DNA from: Squalus acanthias
Lineage: Eukaryota
DNA: 64,000 bases
Direction of reading: 5' to 3'
NCBI GenBank assembly: GCA_030390025.1
Contig: CM059433.1
Location: 7,070,001-7,134,000 of the forward strand
Below are positions 11,001 through 22,566 of this stretch, piece after piece (position 1 is the stretch's first letter; each line of letters starts with the position of its first letter). Both the position numbers and the translations under genes were made by a program. The notes beneath the pieces are model-generated. The model had not been told where the DNA came from, ran no database searches, and worked only from the letters and a program-made list of their open reading frames with translations.

Positions 11001-14000
11001 AACACATTGCACCACACTCACCAACACACATCACCCAAACACATGGCACCACACTCACTGACACACATCACCCAAACACATGGCACCACACTCACCGACA
11101 CACATCACCCAAACACATTGCACCACACTCACTGACACACTTCACCCAAACACATTGCACCACACTCACTGACACACTTCACCCAAACACATGGCACCAC
11201 ACTCACTGACACACATTTCACCCAAACACATTGCACCACACTCACTGACACACTTCACCCAAACACATTGCACTACACTCACTGACACACACATCACCCA
11301 AACACATTGCACCACACTCACTGACACACATCACCCAAACACATTGCACTACACTCACTGACACACACATCACCCAAACACATTGCACCACACTCACTGA
11401 CACACTTCACCCAAACACATTGCACCACACTCACTGACACACTTCACCCAAACACATTGCACTACACTCACTGACACACACATCACCCAAACACATTGCA
11501 CCACACTCACTGACACACTTCACCCAAACACATTGCACTACACTCACTGACACACACATCACCCAAACACATTGCACCACACTCACTGACACACTTCACC
11601 CAAACACATTGCACCACACTCACTGACACACTTCACCCAAACACATTGCGCCACACTCACTGACACACTTCACCCAAACACATGGCATCACACTCACTGA
11701 CACACATCACCCAAACACATGGCACCACACTCACCCACACACATCACCCAAACACATGGCACCACACTCACCGACACACATCACCCAAACACATGGCACC
11801 ACACTCACCGACACACATCACCCAAACACATGGCACCACACTCACTGACACACATCACCCAAACACATTGCACCACACTCACCGACACACATCACCCAAA
11901 CACATTGCACCACACTCACCAACACACATCACCCAAACACATGGCACCACACTCACCGACACACATCACCCAAACACATTGCACCACACTCACCGACACA
12001 CATCACCCAAACACATTGCACCACACTCACCGACACACATCACCCAAACACATTGCACCACACTCACCAACACACATCACCCAAACACATGGCACCACAC
12101 TCACTGACACACATCACCCAAACACATGGCACCACACTCACCGACACACATCACCCAAACACATGACACCACACTCACTGACACACTTCACCCAAACACA
12201 TTGCACCACACTCACCAACACACATCACCCAAACACATTGCACCACACTCACTGACACACTTCACCCAAACACATTGCACCACACTCACCGACACACATC
12301 ACCCAAACACATTGCGCCACACTCACTGACACACTTCACCCAAACACATGGCATCACACTCACTGACACACTTCACCCAAACACATTGCACTACACTCAC
12401 TGACACACTTCCCTTTCTCTTGCAGGACAAGGTGGCTCACAACCAGCACCAGCAGGACCTAACCGGCAGAGGACAGGTGCGTCTGCATAACCCGACGCCC
12501 ATGGAGGAGACAGTGCTGGCATTATAGGGAGTGGCATCGCTGAGCCCTTGGCCAGCGGTGGGGCTGAAAGAACACAAGATGCCGTTATCCTCATACGTTA
12601 TCCTCCTTCTCACATCCCACTTCCCCCTCATCCCACAATCTCTTCTGATTTACAAGCTGCACATGGTGTAAGCATGCACCTCTTGCTTTCCACCCTCCCC
12701 TCACCACAACCCTACCCTTGTGACTTTCTCCTTTCAGACGGCCAAGAACTGACACCTGGCCAGGCACGGATAGAGGAGCACGAAATAGAAGAACACCAAG
12801 GCACTGATGATGAAGACACAGCACCATCACTCGATTTTACACTTGCAGCCACCAACTCAGATACTGACAATCGTCATAGTTTAGAGGATAGGTTAGAGGC
12901 GGGATCTGCAAGTGGTGAGACACCGAGCATGAGTGGCCTGCAGCCAGGCAGGGGGAAAGGGTAGCGCAGGTGCCAGCTCCCTGGAGGGTGAGGTCACACA
13001 CGAGTTCTGCTGCAGAGGACTCAGATGAGGACTTCGATGGGGCGGCCTACAGAAGAACGCTAATGGGTTTGCACAATGAAATGCTTGGCGCATTGGCAGG
13101 CCTGCCAGAAAGCCCGAGTGCAATGTCAAGGAGCATGGAGGAGTCCGGCACCAACCTTGCACAGGGCTTTGCGCAGAGCTTGAACCCATGATTTCCAGGT
13201 TGCACACGAGTTCTGCTGCAGAAGACTCAGATGATAACCTCCATGGGATGGTCTTCAGAAAGAAAGGTGATGGGCATGCTCACAGAAATGCTAGGTGCAA
13301 TGGCAAGCCTGCCAGAGAGCCTCTTGTGAGTGTCAAGGAGCATGGAGGAGTCCGGCTCCAACTTTGCACGGGGTTTTACGCAGAGCTTGGAGCCGATGAT
13401 TTCCAGCATGGAAGTTATGGGCAACTCCATTAGAGCACTTGTGGAACCAACCATGACGCTGGGTCGGATGGCTGATGTCTCCACTTCCATTGCAGCACAA
13501 GCGGAGGCCACCCAAAGTCTGAGTCCTGCAGTGGAAGCTCAGACTTCTGTCATGCAAGGTCAGACTGCTCTCATGAAGGCTCAGCTTGCTGCCACGCAAG
13601 CTCAGACTGCTGCCATCGTGGCTGCGTTTACCAGTGTGGAAAGGGGCTTTGAGGCTGTCACAGCAGTCCAGCAATCCGTCCTCCAACAGATTACGAGGAA
13701 TGCTGAGGCGCCTCCCCAGGGGAGTGGCAGTGACTCTGTGGAGCACGAACCTGCTGTCTTCGCTCAGGATGGCAGCATCGGTCGTCCCACCACAGCTACT
13801 CCGCCAGTGCCCTTGCTGTTGCCTATTCAACCAGCCAGCCCAGACTGCTGCTGCCCATGCCGAGGTGGCACAGTCCGCAGCTGGGCCTTCTAGGCCCAGA
13901 GGTGCTCGAGGTCATCCTGCAAGGCTATATGCAGTCTCCCCAACTGAAAGTCAGCAGCCTTCCACCAGCCATGTTTCAGCCACTGGGGTAGCACTTCGTA

Positions 14001-14068
14001 GGAGCACTAGGACAGACAAAGGCACACTGAAGGCAGGCACAAATGAATGCACATGGGTGATTAGTTGA
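8085..14068 (+). pseudogene. Harbinger Myb/SANT-like DNA-binding protein pseudogene, 3 exons
   Basis: Exon 1 ends ...WEQIAAVVNASSVAPRTWSQSRKRFNDLARVVK at 8303 (AAG|GTCAGT). Acceptor TTTCTCTTGCAG at 12425, then DKVAHNQHQQDLTGRG. Second acceptor CTTTCAG at 12737. Stops and frameshifts present. Confidence 0.82.
8540..12410. repeat. 37-bp minisatellite, roughly 100 units, consensus CATCACCCAAACACATTGCACCACACTCACTGACACA
   Basis: Directly visible tandem array with recurrent variants (TTG/TGG, CTG/CCG/CCA, CATC/CTTC) and occasional 39-bp units. Confidence 0.98.
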
Positions 14069-14157
14069 CTTTGTTATGTAATATTGGATGGATTGATTTA
14101 TAAACAGAGGGAAGGCAAGGTGTGGGACTATTGTTAATTGGGGAATTGGCGTTGTGG

Positions 14158-15589
14158 TCACTGGTTCCCCGCAGTCGGATGAGTCGATCATGGACAGCCC
14201 GGGCAGAAAGAGGCTGTCTGGGTTGCCTCCTTCCTTCCTCCTCTTCTGCTTCCTCCTCCTCTTCCTGCTCCTCCTCCTCCTCAGCTGGTCACCGTATGCC
14301 TGGTAGCAAGGGCTGTGTCCTCATGATGGTGAGGTTGCGGAGCATGAAGCAGACCACGAAGAATCTTGAGACCCAATCTGGTGAGTACTGCAGGGCTCCT
14401 CCAGGCAGAGGAAGTGTTGTTTAAGGATGCCAATGGTCTGCTCAATCAGATTCCATCTGGCAGCATGGCTTTCATTGTACGCATGCTGGCCACGTGTGCA
14501 TGGGTTGTGGAGCGGAGTCATGAGGCAGGTGATCAAGGGATAGCCCTTGTCGTCCAGTAGCCACCCTCTGGTTTGTCGTGGTGGCTCAAAGACTGAGGGA
14601 ACAGCGAACTGGCACTGCTGCCAGGATACCGGGCATTCACCATCATGGTGTGCTGAGTATGGTTGCACACCAACTGCACATTCAGCGAGTGGTAACCTCT
14701 GCGGTTGCGGTACGTCTCAGCATTTAGATGCAGCGCCCGCAAAGCCACGAGCGTGAAGTCGATGGCGCCCTGCGCCATGGGGAAGCCCGCTATCCTGGCA
14801 AAGCCATGTGCACGCTCCGCCTGCTTCTCTCTGGTCAGAGAGAAGACAATGAAGTCCCCTCTCCTGGTATAAAGAGCGTCTGTCACCACTCTTATGCAGC
14901 AGTGGATGGCGAACTGGGAGATGTTACAGGTATCGCCTGCTCCAGCCTGGAAGGATCCCGACGTGAAGAAATTCAGGGCTATGGTCACCTTCACAGCCAC
15001 TGGGAATTTCCAAAGGAGTTCTCCCAATTGGGCATCACAACTTCGGCAGAAAACCTGTTACGTGTCTATCCGGTTTCCGCTAATCTTCCACCGAGTTCAA
15101 GGGAACAGGAGGTGGGTCTCATGGATGAGATGAGCTCGGAGAAAGTATGAAGAGAAATACGACTAGATACAGACAGCAGGAAGAGGAGGAGGAAGCAGAA
15201 GAGGAGGAAGGAAGGAGGCAACCCAGACAGCCCCTTTCTGCCCGGGCTGTCCGTGATCGACTCATCCGACTGCGGAACCAGTGACCACAACCCCAATTCC
15301 CCAATCAACAATAGTCCTTGCCTTGGTGTGAGGTCTGGTTGCAAAAGGTGGTAGAGTTCTGTGAGCACCTCCTTTGTAAAGCACAGACACCTCACACACT
15401 GCTCCTGGCTCAGGCTGAAGTAAAAGAATTGCTCTCGGAAGACCCTAGGTGGGTAAGGCCTCCTGCTGAGAGGCCTTCTCTCCCTCCTTCTCCTCCATGT
15501 GCGAGCAGCTTGTCCTCTTCTTTGCTGCCTCTGCTCCATCTCCCTGTCCTGCTGCAGGCCAAAGGGGGGGTGACAACTAGAGCACCCAT
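14158..15589 (-). pseudogene. HARBI1-like DDE transposase pseudogene (copy 1)
   Basis: PVAVKVTIALNFFTSGSFQ, GFPMAQGAIDFT, RNRRGYHSLNVQLVC, NARYPGS, GWLLDDKGYPL, IEQTIGILKQHF. Disrupted by a ~310-bp insert at 15004-15316. Confidence 0.92.
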
Positions 15590-16102
15590 GACTGGGAGCA
15601 AGTTGTCTAACCAGAACCCCTGAAGTCAGAACCAAGACCTTCTCCACTTGCGGCACCAATCCCCGTCACCTCACCAACTTTAAACAACTCTAGAAAGCTC
15701 CAAACACTTCCACAAACTTACACAGAGCCAGTAGAAATTAATCAGCAACTAACCTGAGCGTGGTTGCTGATCCCTTTAAATATCACTGGTGGGGGGTCCT
15801 TGCTGCTGCTTAAGGCATGATCAGCTGTGTGTGGTGAAGACAGGGCGTTAGTTCCAGCGTTGAGGACGAAAATGGCAGCGCTGGCATCAAATCAGCGTTG
15901 CACTCTGATTGACGTCACGATCTGCCCACTCAGCAAACTTCCAGCGCACGCTCCTAACACCCAGCCTACCGCTCTTACCAAGATGGTGTCCAGCGCGGCA
16001 CGCACCAGATGTGTGCTCGTGCGATGCGGACGCCATTTTCGTCACAAAGCGGCACCTATCATGCCGGAAAATCGGGCGCTACGGAGCCGAATTTCTAGCC
16101 CC

Positions 16103-17900
16103 GTATCTCTTGTCATAAAACCCAGTACTGCATTAGCCAAAACTACCCACTCCTCCAGGATCACAGAGCAAAGATAACCCTGGCTTTTTCTTTCCACCAT
16201 TGACCATCTCCTTAAACCTCTCTCCCTTGCCTCCTCCACCCTCACCTCCAACAACAAGTGTGATGAGCTCATGGACTTCTTTGCCATTTAGCTGCCTCTG
16301 CTGCTTTCCCCATTCCCTGTGCCCATCAAACCCAAACCTACCCCAAGCTGCTCCCTGCCCTCACCCAGAATGCATGTCTGTATCTAGTCGTATTTCTCTT
16401 CATACTTTCTCCGAGCTCATCTCATCCATGAGACCCACCTCCTGTTCCCTTGACCTCGGTGGAAGATTAGCGGAAACCGGATAGACACGTAACAGGTTTT
16501 CTGCCGAAGTTGTGATGCCCAATTGGGAGAACTCCTTTGGAAATTCCCAGCCCCAGCCTCCAGTTAAACAATGAGAAGACCAAAGCCACACCTTCGGCCC
16601 CCACCTTTGCCAGTGATTCCAACCCCTTCCCAGCTATTGTTGGCTAAACCAGACTATTTGGAACCCTGGTGTCCTATTCGACCCAGAGTTGTGCTTCCAG
16701 CCCCATGTCCACTCCATCACAAAAACCATCTACTTCTATCATAGAAGCATAGAAGATAGGAGCAGGAGTAGGCCATTCGGCCCCTCGAGCCTCCTCCGCC
16801 ATTTAATGAGATCATGGCTGATCATCCAAATTCAGTACCCTGTCCCTGCTTTCTCCCCATATCCCTTTAGCCTTAAGAAATATATCTATCTCCTTCTTGA
16901 ATATATTTAATGAATTGGCCTCTACTGCCTTCTGTGGTAGAGAATTCCACAGGTTCACCACTCTCTGGGTGAAGAAATTCCTCCTCATCTCAGTCCTAAA
17001 TGGCTTACCCCTTATCCTTAGACTGTGACCCCTGGTTCTGGACTCCCCGGCCATCGGGAACATCCTTCCTGCATCTAGTCTGTCTAGTCCTGTTAGAATT
17101 TTATAAGTTTCAATGAGATCCCCTCTCATTCTTCTAAACTCTAGCGAATATAAGCCTAATCGACCCAATCTCTCTTTGTACGTCATTCCTGCCATCCCAG
17201 GTCTGGTAAATCTTCGCTGCACTCCCTCCATGGCAAGAACATCCTTCCTCAGATAAGGCGACCAAAACTGCACACAATACTCAAGGTGTGGTCTCACCAA
17301 GGCCTTGTACAACTGCAGCAAGACATCCTTACTCCTGTACTCGAATCCTCTCGCTGTGAAGGCCAACATACCATTTGCCTTCTTAACCGCCTGCTGCACC
17401 TGCATGCTTACCTTCAGCGACTGTAACATCACTTGCCCCTGTCCCTACCTCAGCTTATCTGCTGCTGAAACCCTCATCCATGTTTTCGCCACCTTCACAC
17501 ACAACTATTCCAATGCTCTCCAGGTTGACCTCCTATTCTCCACCTTCCGTGAACTTCAACTCATCCAAAACCCTGCTGCCCGCATCCGATCCCACACCAA
17601 GTTCTGCTCATCCATCACTCCTGTCCTCGCTGACCTACATTGGCTTCTTGTCCCCCAACACATCAAATTTAAAATTATCATCCTCATGTTTAAATCCCTT
17701 TATAGCTTCATCCCTCCCTATCTCTGTGACCGCCTCCAGCCCAACAACCTCCCCTCCCCACTCCCCAAACTTTCCGTTCTTCTGACCCTAGTATTTTAAT
17801 ACATCCCTCCTTTCCTTCGCCCTACCATTGGTGGCCATGCCTTCAGCTGCCTCGCTACCTCCTTAAACCCCTCTGCCTCTCTACCTCCCTTTCCTTTGTA
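16103..17900 (+). mobile_element. Decayed L2 LINE fragments (interrupted by CR1 at 16740-17423)
   Basis: AAETLIHVF...YSNAL...LQLIQNPAARI...ITPVLADLHWLLVPQHIKFKI are L2 ORF2 C-terminal motifs. Confidence 0.8.
16740..17423 (-). mobile_element. CR1 LINE 3' fragment
   Basis: KKANGMLAF...LVRPHLEYCVQFWSPYLRKD...FFTQRVVNLWNSLPQKAVEA plus tail. Confidence 0.93.
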
Positions 17901-19037
17901 CTTTCTTAGGATAGAGAGGCTAGTGGCAGGGGCATGCAGGAGCGGGGTAATAGAGGGCAGATATGAGTAGAATGGAGTGAACCTGGAAGAAGGAAGCACA
18001 CACATTTTGGTATTTTATAGCTCCAGGCACAAGCATACTGGCATATATGTCCTACAGATATTTCATGTTTGTAGTGGGAGGGGTTGTGACAAAGTTGAAG
18101 AATGTAATTTACTTTTGCCTTCATTCCATAAATATTTGCAACCAGCTCATTATAGCTCAATGTCTTGCGCAGTGGTCTTTAAAGTAATCCTTCGATGCAC
18201 TATGTCCAAAATCTGCATGAGCTTCATCTTAGAACATAATTCACCAATTGCATTGTCTTTCAGTAAAATAACCAAGAACCTATAGTTAGCTTGATGTATA
18301 TAATAATAGTTATCCCCTCCCACCTCACCCTCCTCCGGAAACTTGCGTAATATAGCTTTTGGTCAAATTTGCTTCACCGCTACTTGTGAGGTGGTTAGTC
18401 TGTATGCGCTTGGTTAAGAGCAGATAAAAGGTGTTCTTTAGTGTCAGTGCTCTAATGGATTATCTCCGGTGATAAAACTATCAATGGAGGGCGTTTTTTA
18501 ACTGGCAGATTCAGTTTTTAAAATGACCGGCTGGTGTTATTTTGGCAGAATTGTTGAGAAAAGCACACCCAGAAGAGCAGAAAGTCTGTCATAAGGAAAG
18601 AGTCAGGTTGCAACAAGGCAGGTTTCTTTATGGCAACCATCCTTCAACCAACACCCCTCCTCTGCCATCAATGTCGACTGAATACAGGTTGAATCCTGCT
18701 CAGATCAGAACAGGATTGCAGGCATGAGGTGAGGAACCATTTAAAAAAAAATAAACTGGTATGGAACTAAAAACTGGAAATTCAGGATACCGGATAATAA
18801 TTCCCAATTGTTCTATTCTGCTTTCTCAACAACAAGGATGACGACCATCAGCAAGATTATTTCAATGTTCTGATAAAGAGTTACACACCCAAAATATCAA
18901 TACCCTGCCTTTTTTCTTTACAGATGCTTACTGACCTGTATTTCCAGTATACCCTGTTTTAACTTCAAATTTCAGGCATTTGCAGTTTTTCCCTTTAGGT
19001 TATTTCACCTGTTCATTTCAGCTAAATATCAATTAAA

Positions 19038-19423
19038 CAACAACAACAACTTGTATTTATATAGCGCCTTTAACGTAGTAAAACGTCCCAAGGCGCTGCA
19101 CAGGAGTATTTTAAGACAGCAAATTTGACACCGAGCTACATAAGGATAAATTAGGGCAGGTGACCAAAAGCTTGGTCAAACAGGTAGGTTTTAAGGAGCG
19201 TCTTAAAGGAGGAAAGAGAGGTAGCGAGGCGGAGAGGTTTAGGCAGGGAATTCCAGAGCTTAGGGCCCAGGCAACAGAAGGCACGGCCACCAATGGTTGA
19301 GCGATTATAATCAGGGATGCTCAAGATGGCAGAATTAGAGGAGCGCAGATATCTCGGGGGGGTTGTGAGGCTGAAGGAGATTACAGAGATAGGGAGGGGT
19401 GAGGCCATGGAGGGATTTGAAAA
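19038..19423 (-). mobile_element. L2 LINE 3' end
   Basis: GGRAFCCLGPKLWNSLP...SFKTLLKTYLFDQAF, ending TATATAAATACAAG(TTG)n. Confidence 0.88.
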
Positions 19424-19654
19424 CAATCAGGAAGTGTGCTTCCCCTATAGGAATGTCCAGGACCTGGCTGTTTGCATGCGAATATTTAGCAAAAAATTAC
19501 GTTTTGTAGGCAATTTGTGGATGAAATACATTAAATCACTTTTCTCCCACAAACTGACTTTGATAATGTTTCTCCGTATTAGAATAAATTAAACAATATG
19601 AATTTAAATGAGGAGTGACCGATACAATCTAGAACTAAAACAAAGCTTTCCAAC

Positions 19655-20325
19655 AAACGTGCGAACGTACAAATAATGACAGACAGGAAAAGACCCTCTG
19701 GTCCATCCAGCCTGTCCCACACAATTGCGATACCTTGTGTATCACAATATATATACTCTCCACCCCTCCCGAAACCACATGATCCCCAGGAGAGACGAAA
19801 AAGAGAGATTAAAAAACCCAGGCCAATTTGGGGAACAACATCTGTGAAATTCCTCTCCGGACCCCCCTCCCCCATCCCTCCCCGCCCATGGCGATCTAAA
19901 TTCTTCCAGGAGATCACTCTGGCCCTGAATTCCCTGCAGTACCTACCTTCTCGCTTGAAGGAATTCAGCGAATCGGCGCCCACCGTTATGAGCGGGAAGC
20001 CTGTTCCAGAGGTCCACTATTCTCTGGGAAAAGCACCACCTCCTGACATCTAACCTCGATCTGGCCTTACTCAACTTAAAATTGTGACCTCTGGTCCTCC
20101 CTAACCTATTTCATTGGAACAAACTGTCAACTGGAACACAATCTATTCCCTTCATCATCTTATAAACCTCGATCAGATCCCCCCATAGTCTACGCTTCTC
20201 GAAAGTGTCGAGGCCCAGCTCTTTCAGCCTATCTTGATAACCTTTAAACTGGGAATTAGTCCAGTGGCCATCCTCTGCACTCTTTCCAAAGCCTCACTAT
20301 CACCCACCATGTGAGGAGACAACCT
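19655..20325 (-). mobile_element. CR1 LINE 3' fragment (distinct 3'UTR)
   Basis: Minus strand reads RRLWGDLIEVYKMMKG...RTRGHNFKL...RIVDLWNRLP. Confidence 0.75.
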
Positions 20326-20357
20326 ATACAATTTGTTACTAAACTAAGAAAAACGTT

Positions 20358-21119
20358 GGCCCGTAATTTCCGATAGGAGGCTTCCTGCGGGCAGATGCCT
20401 CCTAGCGGGGAAAAAAATCTACGCCCTTGCCTGAGGGCTCCTGAGGTCCGGACTCTTCTGCTCCTGGGCCTCTCCTGGTCCCCGCGCGCAGAGGCCCAGG
20501 TATCCCAGGGGCGCAGGCGGTTCGCAAGCGTCCCTGGGATCACGTGGGCCAGGCGAGCCAATGGGAGAAGGGAATCCCCCTTCATACTTTTGACAGGTGG
20601 ATCCGTCAACAGTATGAATGGGGATCAGTGAAAAAAGAAACTAAAACATTAAATACATTTTTAAAAAACCATCACGTTTTTAAAATGAGTTAAAATTACA
20701 TTAAATTCAATATTTTAAACAAAAATTTAATTTTTTGAAAAAATAATTAAAGATTTTTATGGGGCTAAAATAAATTTACCTTTTTTAAAAGTATTTCTAC
20801 ATTATAAATGAGTGAAAAAAAATTATTTTTTTACTTTTTTATACTCTTATGCTGGTAAAAGCAGGCCTTACACAGGCTTTTACCAGGCGTAAGATTTTTA
20901 GCGGTTTTCAGCGGGCGGAGGTTCTGCAGAAAGCGGAACTCTCCCCCCGCAGAGGCCCTTCTCCAGGGCAGGCGTGCGATCTGTCAAGAGCATTCTTGAC
21001 AGATCGGAAGTGCCGGTTTTCAGCGCATGCGCTTCGCATGCCTGAAACTGGCATTTTCGAGGTCCCTACGGGTGTGTACACAGCTCGTACACACCCATAG
21101 GGATCGGAAATTACGGGCC
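20358..21119. mobile_element. Harbinger-type MITE (762 bp)
   Basis: Perfect 17-bp TIR GGCCCGTAATTTCCGAT, flanks GTT/ATT, GC-rich palindromic arms around an AT-rich core. Confidence 0.88.
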
Positions 21120-21739
21120 ATTAGTTACAACATGCCAAGAGTAATTAGGCCCATGTTTTATCCACTCCTAACAGAAGCACAAATGCAAAAGTAGGGGTTA
21201 ATAAAATTGAGTCTCACATAGTTAATTGACGGAGTCACTCCAACCACTTATTCTGACCATTTTTCTCAGGTAGTGAGGCAGTATGTCGAATACGAACCCA
21301 TCTTAACCGGCTTGAAATCATTTAAAATATACAACTCAAATAAAGTACGGGAAGTTTCAACAAGAGCACGATTACTTTTTTTTAAATAAAAAAAATTCCA
21401 CAATAGATGATAAAATGCATTGCAAAGACGATGAAACTGCTGTATTGTTAAAATGGAAAAATGTGGGCAGGGTTATTTATAACAAGTTGAGACATTTTCA
21501 GTGTAGGATTAGTGCCATCATATGCATGTGAAATGTCACAGCATGCAGGAGGAATAGCAAGGCCTAAGTGTACAAGTGCTGCCTGCTATTAATCAATGTG
21601 GGTGTTGCCCGTTATTGTATGCAGTGCTGACATAGCATAGTGGATGACACAGTATGCAGATTGCTTTGATGATTGTACCTTGTGGATGACTTAACATAAA
21701 TTACAATACGAAAGTAACTGTGAAATTACCAACTATCGG

Positions 21740-22312
21740 GTTTTTTTTCATTTGTTCATGGGATGTGGGTGTCGCTGGCAAGGCCAGCATTTATTGCCCA
21801 TCACTAATTGCCCTTGAGAAGGTGGTGGTGAGCTGCCTTCTTGAACTGCTGCAGTCCGTGTGGTGAAGCTACTCCCACAGTGCTGTTAGGGAGGGAGTTC
21901 CAGGATTTTGACTCAGCGACGATGAAGGAACGCCGATATATTTCCAAATCAGGATGGTGTGTGTGACTTGGAGGGGAACTTGGAGGTGGTGGTGTTCCCA
22001 TGCGCCTGCTGCCCTTGTCCTTCTAGATTGTAGAGGTCGCGGGTTTGGGAGGTGCTGCTGAAGAAGCCTTGGCAAATTGCTGCAGTGCATCTTGTAGATG
22101 CTACACACTGCAGCCACGGTGCGCCGGTAGTGGAGGGAGTGAATGTTTAAGGTGGTGAATGGGGTGCCAATCAAGCGGGCTGCTTTGTCTTAGATGGTGT
22201 TGAGCTTCTTGAGTGTTGTTGGAGCTGCGCTCATCCAGGCAAGTGGAGAGTATTCCATCACACTCCTTACTTGTGCCTTGTAGATGGTGGAAAGGCTTGG
22301 GGGAGTCAGGTG
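21740..22312 (-). mobile_element. CR1-clade LINE 3' fragment ('HHHLLKGN' family)
   Basis: Same family as 36772-38177 (LNIHSLH..RTVAAVC..YKMHCSN, KKAAHHHLLKGN). Confidence 0.88.
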
Positions 22313-22566
22313 AGACACATTGACGTTTCCTAGCATTTACAGAGAAAATATTTTGTACTATTTGAGTCTGCACTAATAATTCATAAATGTAGATTTTATT
22401 TGAAAACTTACATTTATACAGTGTCTATCACATGATCAGGACATTTGAAAGCAGTTTGCAACCTTACTTTTGAAAGGCAAACACAGCAGCCAGTTTTCAC
22501 ACAGTAATCTCTCACAAACAGCAAGTGAGATAAATGACTACATAATCTGTTTTAGAGAGAAATATT

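Larger units (their letters stand above)
7994..16102. mobile_element. PIF/Harbinger transposon copy 1 (decayed autonomous type, inflated by a minisatellite)
   Basis: Convergent Myb/SANT-like (+) and HARBI1-like transposase (-) pseudogenes. Right terminus ...GAATTTCTAGCCCC is homologous to the left terminus of copy 2. Left end uncertain. Confidence 0.88.

Noticed and set aside
8540..12410. CRISPR-like array or His/Thr-rich repeat proteins (ORFs up to 227 aa)
   Set aside because: Units are head-to-tail with no unique spacers or cas genes, and the context is eukaryotic. The ORFs are artefacts of a 37-bp repeat inside an intron.
14158..15589. Host genes HARBI1 or NAIF1
   Set aside because: Multiple TIR-bounded copies with stops, frameshifts and deletions indicate transposon relics, so no gene symbol is assigned.
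18550..18728. Possible host exon (GGCAG|...GAG|GTGAGG)
   Set aside because: Weak pyrimidine tract, stops in all three frames before the donor, and no recognisable protein.
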